Part shown: piece by piece, positions 49,067 to 52,377 of the stretch
Layout: each line of letters opens with the position of its first letter
Numbering within the stretch: position 1 is the stretch's first letter
Origin: a virus
Lineage: Duplodnaviria > Caudoviricetes
Reading direction: 5' to 3' (one strand)
DNA length: 52,377 nucleotides
Virus record (IMG/VR): IMGVR_UViG_3300045000_000068
Location: 1-52,377 of that record
Made by a program: the position numbers and the translations under genes
Notes under the pieces: generated by a model
The model's input: only the letters and a program-made list of their open reading frames with translations
Database searches by the model: none
What the model was told of the DNA's origin: nothing

Positions 49067-49659
49067 TCACTTCCGCACGCGTGCGCCGATCTCCGCCGTA
49101 GCGGTCCACAGTTCGTCAACCACGCCGTACGCCCATCGGGCCACGTCCTCGGTTGTGTTCCAGCCGCCGTTGTCCTCCTGGCCTCGCAGCGCGGAGTAGA
49201 AACGCTCTCCGTCCGCGGCCAGGAACGTAACGAGCCCGCCCAGCATCTCGACCGGCGTCGCGTTCGGACCCTTGAGCCCGCCCCCCGCGTCGAGCAGGTT
49301 GCCGTTGGCCCAGAGCTGCCAGACGTAGTGCCGCTGGTCCCCGGACGTGACCGTGTGCCGCACGTTCAGCGCGTACCGGCCGGACTCGTCCGCGTAAGCC
49401 GCGGTCCCGCGGCCGGCGATGATCAGTCCCATGACGCCACTAGGCTTCCGTCACGGTCGCTCGCGAGGCTTTCGCGCGCGTCCGCTACCAGCTCGCCGAG
49501 CGCGCGCAGCGCACGCGGAGACAGATAGAGGACGACCTCGCTGTGATCGCCGAACGAGAGTTCGACGTACGGCCTGCCGAACACGCCGGCCGGGCGCGTG
49601 CGCGCGTCGATCGGGTCGCCGTCCTCCACGTGCACACTCGTTGTGGTGCGTACTGCCAT
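49067..49659 (-). CDS. Two-gene cassette (49423-49659, 49067-49432)
   Basis: Start motif at 49665; overlapping ORFs. Confidence 0.6.
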
Positions 49660-49758
49660 TGCCCTCACCCTTCCTTGTGGTTCTGGCCGAATAGCCATCA
49701 CCCCGCACGTGCGTTCCGCACGCACATACGGGGGCAAAGCGATTCGGATAGATCGGGG

Positions 49759-50180
49759 CTAGCTGGTGCTCGGGAGCAACTCCGGATACACCCGCAACGC
49801 CGTTGCGCGTGGCGCGAGCCACACCGCGTTGAGCACGTGTTCCGGCGGGCAGTGCATGAGTCCGGCCCGGATATCGGGCGCCTGGTATCGCAGCACGGTT
49901 CCGGTCGACAGGCTTTCCGCGTCCGTGCGGATCGTTACCGGCCGGTCGCGCACCATGAGTACGTCGTCCTCGCGCGCCTCGCGCGCCCGAATGGTTTTCA
50001 CGTCGTCACCCGGCCCTTGTTCCACGCGGCCGGCAGGAAGCCACCGCGTGACAACCACTCGTCCAGCGCAGCGAAGTGCCCCGACATGAGATCCAGCGCT
50101 TCCAGCCGTTCGGCCTCCACCATGCCTTCCCGGTGTTCGACCAGCGACCTGATCAGCGACAGTGTTGCGTTCACGTCCAT
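49759..50180 (-). CDS. Two-gene cassette (49998-50180, 49759-50001)
   Basis: Start motif at 50188; GTGA overlap; LDEWLSRGGFLP.AW. Confidence 0.6.
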
Positions 50181-50270
50181 GATCTATTCACCCTTCCCTG
50201 TGGTTCTGCATCGGAGGATGCAACAGAACGGCCGGACCATTTCGGCCCGACCGCTCGATTCACGCTCCGA

Positions 50271-50756
50271 TCACCCGAAGATCAGCACCAGGTCACCCGG
50301 GTGCAACGCGTGCGGGTAGTCGCGGAAGCCGTTGTCCCGCTTGATCTTGGCTACCGTCGTGCCGTACAGCCGCGCGACCTGTGAGAGTTGCTGTCCTGGC
50401 CTCACCAGGTGGACGCGCAGCGTCGGCGCTCCTGCCCCGCCGCGTGCTGCGGCGGCCGCTGGGTTCCGTGTCCAGCTCGGGACGTACGTCCCATCCGCTA
50501 GGCGCCCGTTCGGCCACGTCGTGACCGCGCCCCGGATATATGGCAGCCGGCCCCATCCGTAATAGACGTTGTGCGCCGTGGTGTTCGGCCCGTGGCCTGG
50601 CCCGCACACCCGGTTGCCCTGGCGTGCACAGTTCCAACTCACGCTGTCTTCTCTGGGTTGGGCGTGAGCCGCCGCAACCGTGGTGAGAGACAAAGTGCCG
50701 AGCATGACCGTGGCGCCGATCAGCGCCAGCGCCACGCGCACCAATAGGTTTCGCAT
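50271..50756 (-). CDS. Secreted LysM-domain protein
   Basis: Signal peptide (AHA); WNC...GNRVCG; HLVRPGQQLSQVARLYGTTVAKIKRDN...LHPGDLVLI. Confidence 0.8.
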   Translation of the reverse strand: MRNLLVRVALALIGATVMLGTLSLTTVAAAHAQPREDSVSWNCARQGNRVCGPGHGPNTTAHNVYYGWGRLPYIRGAVTTWPNGRLADGTYVPSWTRNPAAAAARGGAGAPTLRVHLVRPGQQLSQVARLYGTTVAKIKRDNGFRDYPHALHPGDLVLIFG

Positions 50757-50842
50757 GATCCATCACCCTTCCTAGGTACCGCCGTTCCCGCCTGATCAGC
50801 GGCGGCCGCACACGGCGCTAGTCCGTGTGCCACCGTGATTGA

Positions 50843-50995
50843 TCAGTGCCGATCCTGGTCGTACCAGGCCGCGCGGTCGGTGCACGTCTCGCAGTAGCAC
50901 TCACCGCGTCTTGCGGCCGATTCGTCGTGATCGCTGTTGACTGCGGCCGCATCCTCGCGCGCCCAATCGGCGTGCGGGTCATATGCCTGTGTCAT
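50843..50995 (-). CDS. Small Cys-motif protein
   Basis: Start motif; CYCETC. Confidence 0.55.
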   Translation of the reverse strand: MTQAYDPHADWAREDAAAVNSDHDESAARRGECYCETCTDRAAWYDQDRH

Positions 50996-51077
50996 GGTGC
51001 TCACCCTTCCTAGGTTCCGTACGCGGCTAAGCGTCGGCGGCACCGGCTGGTATCGAGACCAGCCGGACCGTTGAAGC

Positions 51078-51341
51078 TCAGGGCTTGACGTGTTCGAGCA
51101 TCGTGCCGAACTTCTCCGTGTGACGGCGCAGCTCATCGCGCCCGTTGACCTCCGCCGACTCCCGATCGCCGCACTTGCCCTTTGCAAGTCGTGTCCAGCC
51201 GTAGCGCGTGAGGACCGATACCGAGTAGCGGTAGTAACCGGTCGGGCCGTGTCCGGCGAACCAATCGTCTTCCACGAGTAGCAGGAACGTCACGCCATCG
51301 CGCGTGCGCGTGAGTTGGTCTGCGACATAGCAGGTACCCAT
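51078..51341 (-). CDS. Hypothetical protein
   Basis: Start motif. Confidence 0.6.
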   Translation of the reverse strand: MGTCYVADQLTRTRDGVTFLLLVEDDWFAGHGPTGYYRYSVSVLTRYGWTRLAKGKCGDRESAEVNGRDELRRHTEKFGTMLEHVKP

Positions 51342-51426
51342 GATCGTCACCCTTCCTTGTGGTCCCGCCTGATCAGCGGCGGCACCGGCTGGTATCGAGA
51401 CCAGCCGGACCGTTAGTGATCAGCCG

Positions 51427-51675
51427 TTAGCGGGGCGTGAGCCATGCGTTGGATGCCACGAACGCGTCCCCGGTCTTCCAGCCGTACCGAGCAACCGAAC
51501 GCGAGGTGACCCGCACGGGCGTGTAGTTCGGTTCCATCGCCTGGCCCGGCCCGGTCGCGACTACCGCGAACCGGATTCCGTTGATCGCCTGGTACGTGAG
51601 CTTCTCGCCCGCCTCGTAGCGGGTGACGCTGTGTTCGCGCCCAAGGTGATCTGTGAACTCCGTTGTGTGTGCCAT
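51427..51675 (-). CDS. Hypothetical protein
   Basis: Start motif. Confidence 0.6.
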   Translation of the reverse strand: MAHTTEFTDHLGREHSVTRYEAGEKLTYQAINGIRFAVVATGPGQAMEPNYTPVRVTSRSVARYGWKTGDAFVASNAWLTPR

Positions 51676-51776
51676 GATCGTTCACCCTTCCTTGTGGATC
51701 TCCGTGCTCCGCCTGATCAGCGGCGGCGATGGCTGGTCAATGACCAGCCCCACCGTTGTTGATCAGGTTTTCATGA

Positions 51777-52019
51777 TCAGCCGGCGGACCGGGTGACCGT
51801 GACCGACAGGCCAGGGTGGACGTCGAAAGCACTTCCGTCTGACCACTCGATCAGGAACGAGTCCCCGTAGTTGTTGTCCAGCTTGCCGACGACCGTTACG
51901 TCCGAGCCTGTGTAGCTGGCGGGTACGTCAACCCAGCTCGCAAGCAACTGCTGTGCGTCGAGCGACACCGCGTCGCCGACCAGCAACTCGCGGGTTGTGA
52001 TCGTGTGTAGCGAAGTCAT
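51777..52019 (-). CDS. Hypothetical protein, first gene of the leftward array
   Basis: Variant motif GGAAGGGACA. Confidence 0.6.
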   Translation of the reverse strand: MTSLHTITTRELLVGDAVSLDAQQLLASWVDVPASYTGSDVTVVGKLDNNYGDSFLIEWSDGSAFDVHPGLSVTVTRSAG

Positions 52020-52377
52020 GGTGTGTCCCTTCCTTGGTTGGCACTCCCCGCGGCACCCGGCAACCCTGCGAACAGGACGACCGGATGCCACGGCCAATGC
52101 CAGGACCGAAGTCCAAGCACCAGTGGAAGTTGTGGTGATCCCACCCCTTGCGAGGTGGGTTGTTCTATGCGGTAAGTCGATCACCCTGGCGCTACACGGC
52201 CCCTTGTCCTACTGCCTGTCGCGGGTGCTTCCGAGAGGTTCGCTCTCGACCGGGCTACCTGAGCCATGATCGGCTCTGTATCTCCCATCCGGTGATGTTG
52301 CTACCGGGCCTGTGCCCCCGCGGGGGGAGTGATGATCGACTCTGTTGTCCGTCTCCGAGGGCTTTCCGGATCTTCCC

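Larger units (their letters stand above)
46965..52102. repeat. Array of ~12 intergenic structured elements, each paired with a GAAGGGTGA-type start motif
   Basis: Elements at 46986-47047, 47428-47487, 48446-48498, 48751-48809, 49014-49070, 49681-49761, 50203-50262, 50787-50846, 51017-51081, 51364-51423, 51709-51767, 52039-52102. Confidence 0.85.

Noticed and set aside
46986-51767. Spacer hairpins as simple intrinsic terminators
   Set aside because: No U-tracts, bulged stems and nested alternative folds, unlike the clear terminators at 26298, 28398 and 45497; not fully excluded because actinobacterial terminators can lack U-tracts
46965-52102. CRISPR array interpretation of the right-arm repeats
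   Set aside because: Repeats are ~60 nt, divergent, and separated by whole genes; no cas operon (the Cas4-like nuclease is a common phage exonuclease)
52363-52377. Biological terminal repeat or cos end
   Set aside because: A 15-nt overlap is equally explained by assembly circularisation; reads are needed
1-52377. Diversity-generating retroelement, retron, IS element, intron or intein
   Set aside because: No reverse transcriptase, transposase or splicing motifs recognised, and no TR/VR pair seen

Overview
Apparently complete, high-GC, temperate-type siphovirus genome of an actinobacterial host; the first and last 15 nt are identical, consistent with a circular assembly. Order: low-complexity G-rich non-coding tract (~115-600); tail fibre/tailspike-like genes upstream of HNH, tRNA-Gln(CTG) and terminase; portal, head, amidase endolysin, neck and tail genes, including two moron-like secreted-protein genes, a -1 frameshift tail chaperone and a tape measure with two cell-wall hydrolase domains; membrane/holin genes; tyrosine recombinase and divergent L5 gp71-like repressor; a rightward replication/nucleotide block (dNMP kinase, Cas4-like exonuclease, DnaB-like helicase, endonuclease VII, MazG, split primase, DnaQ-like exonuclease, no recognisable polymerase); and a leftward ~6.3-kb array of small genes. 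The most striking feature is that array (46.6-52.1 kb). Nearly every gene is a cassette preceded by the same GAAGGGTGA start motif and by a ~60-nt hairpin of divergent sequence but conserved shape. The hairpin often overlaps the upstream stop codon and carries a nested alternative hairpin, suggesting an RNA-processing and/or attC-like cassette system. A CTTGC-N8-GCAAG palindrome recurs in regulatory regions. All functional calls come from motif recognition by eye; no searches were run.
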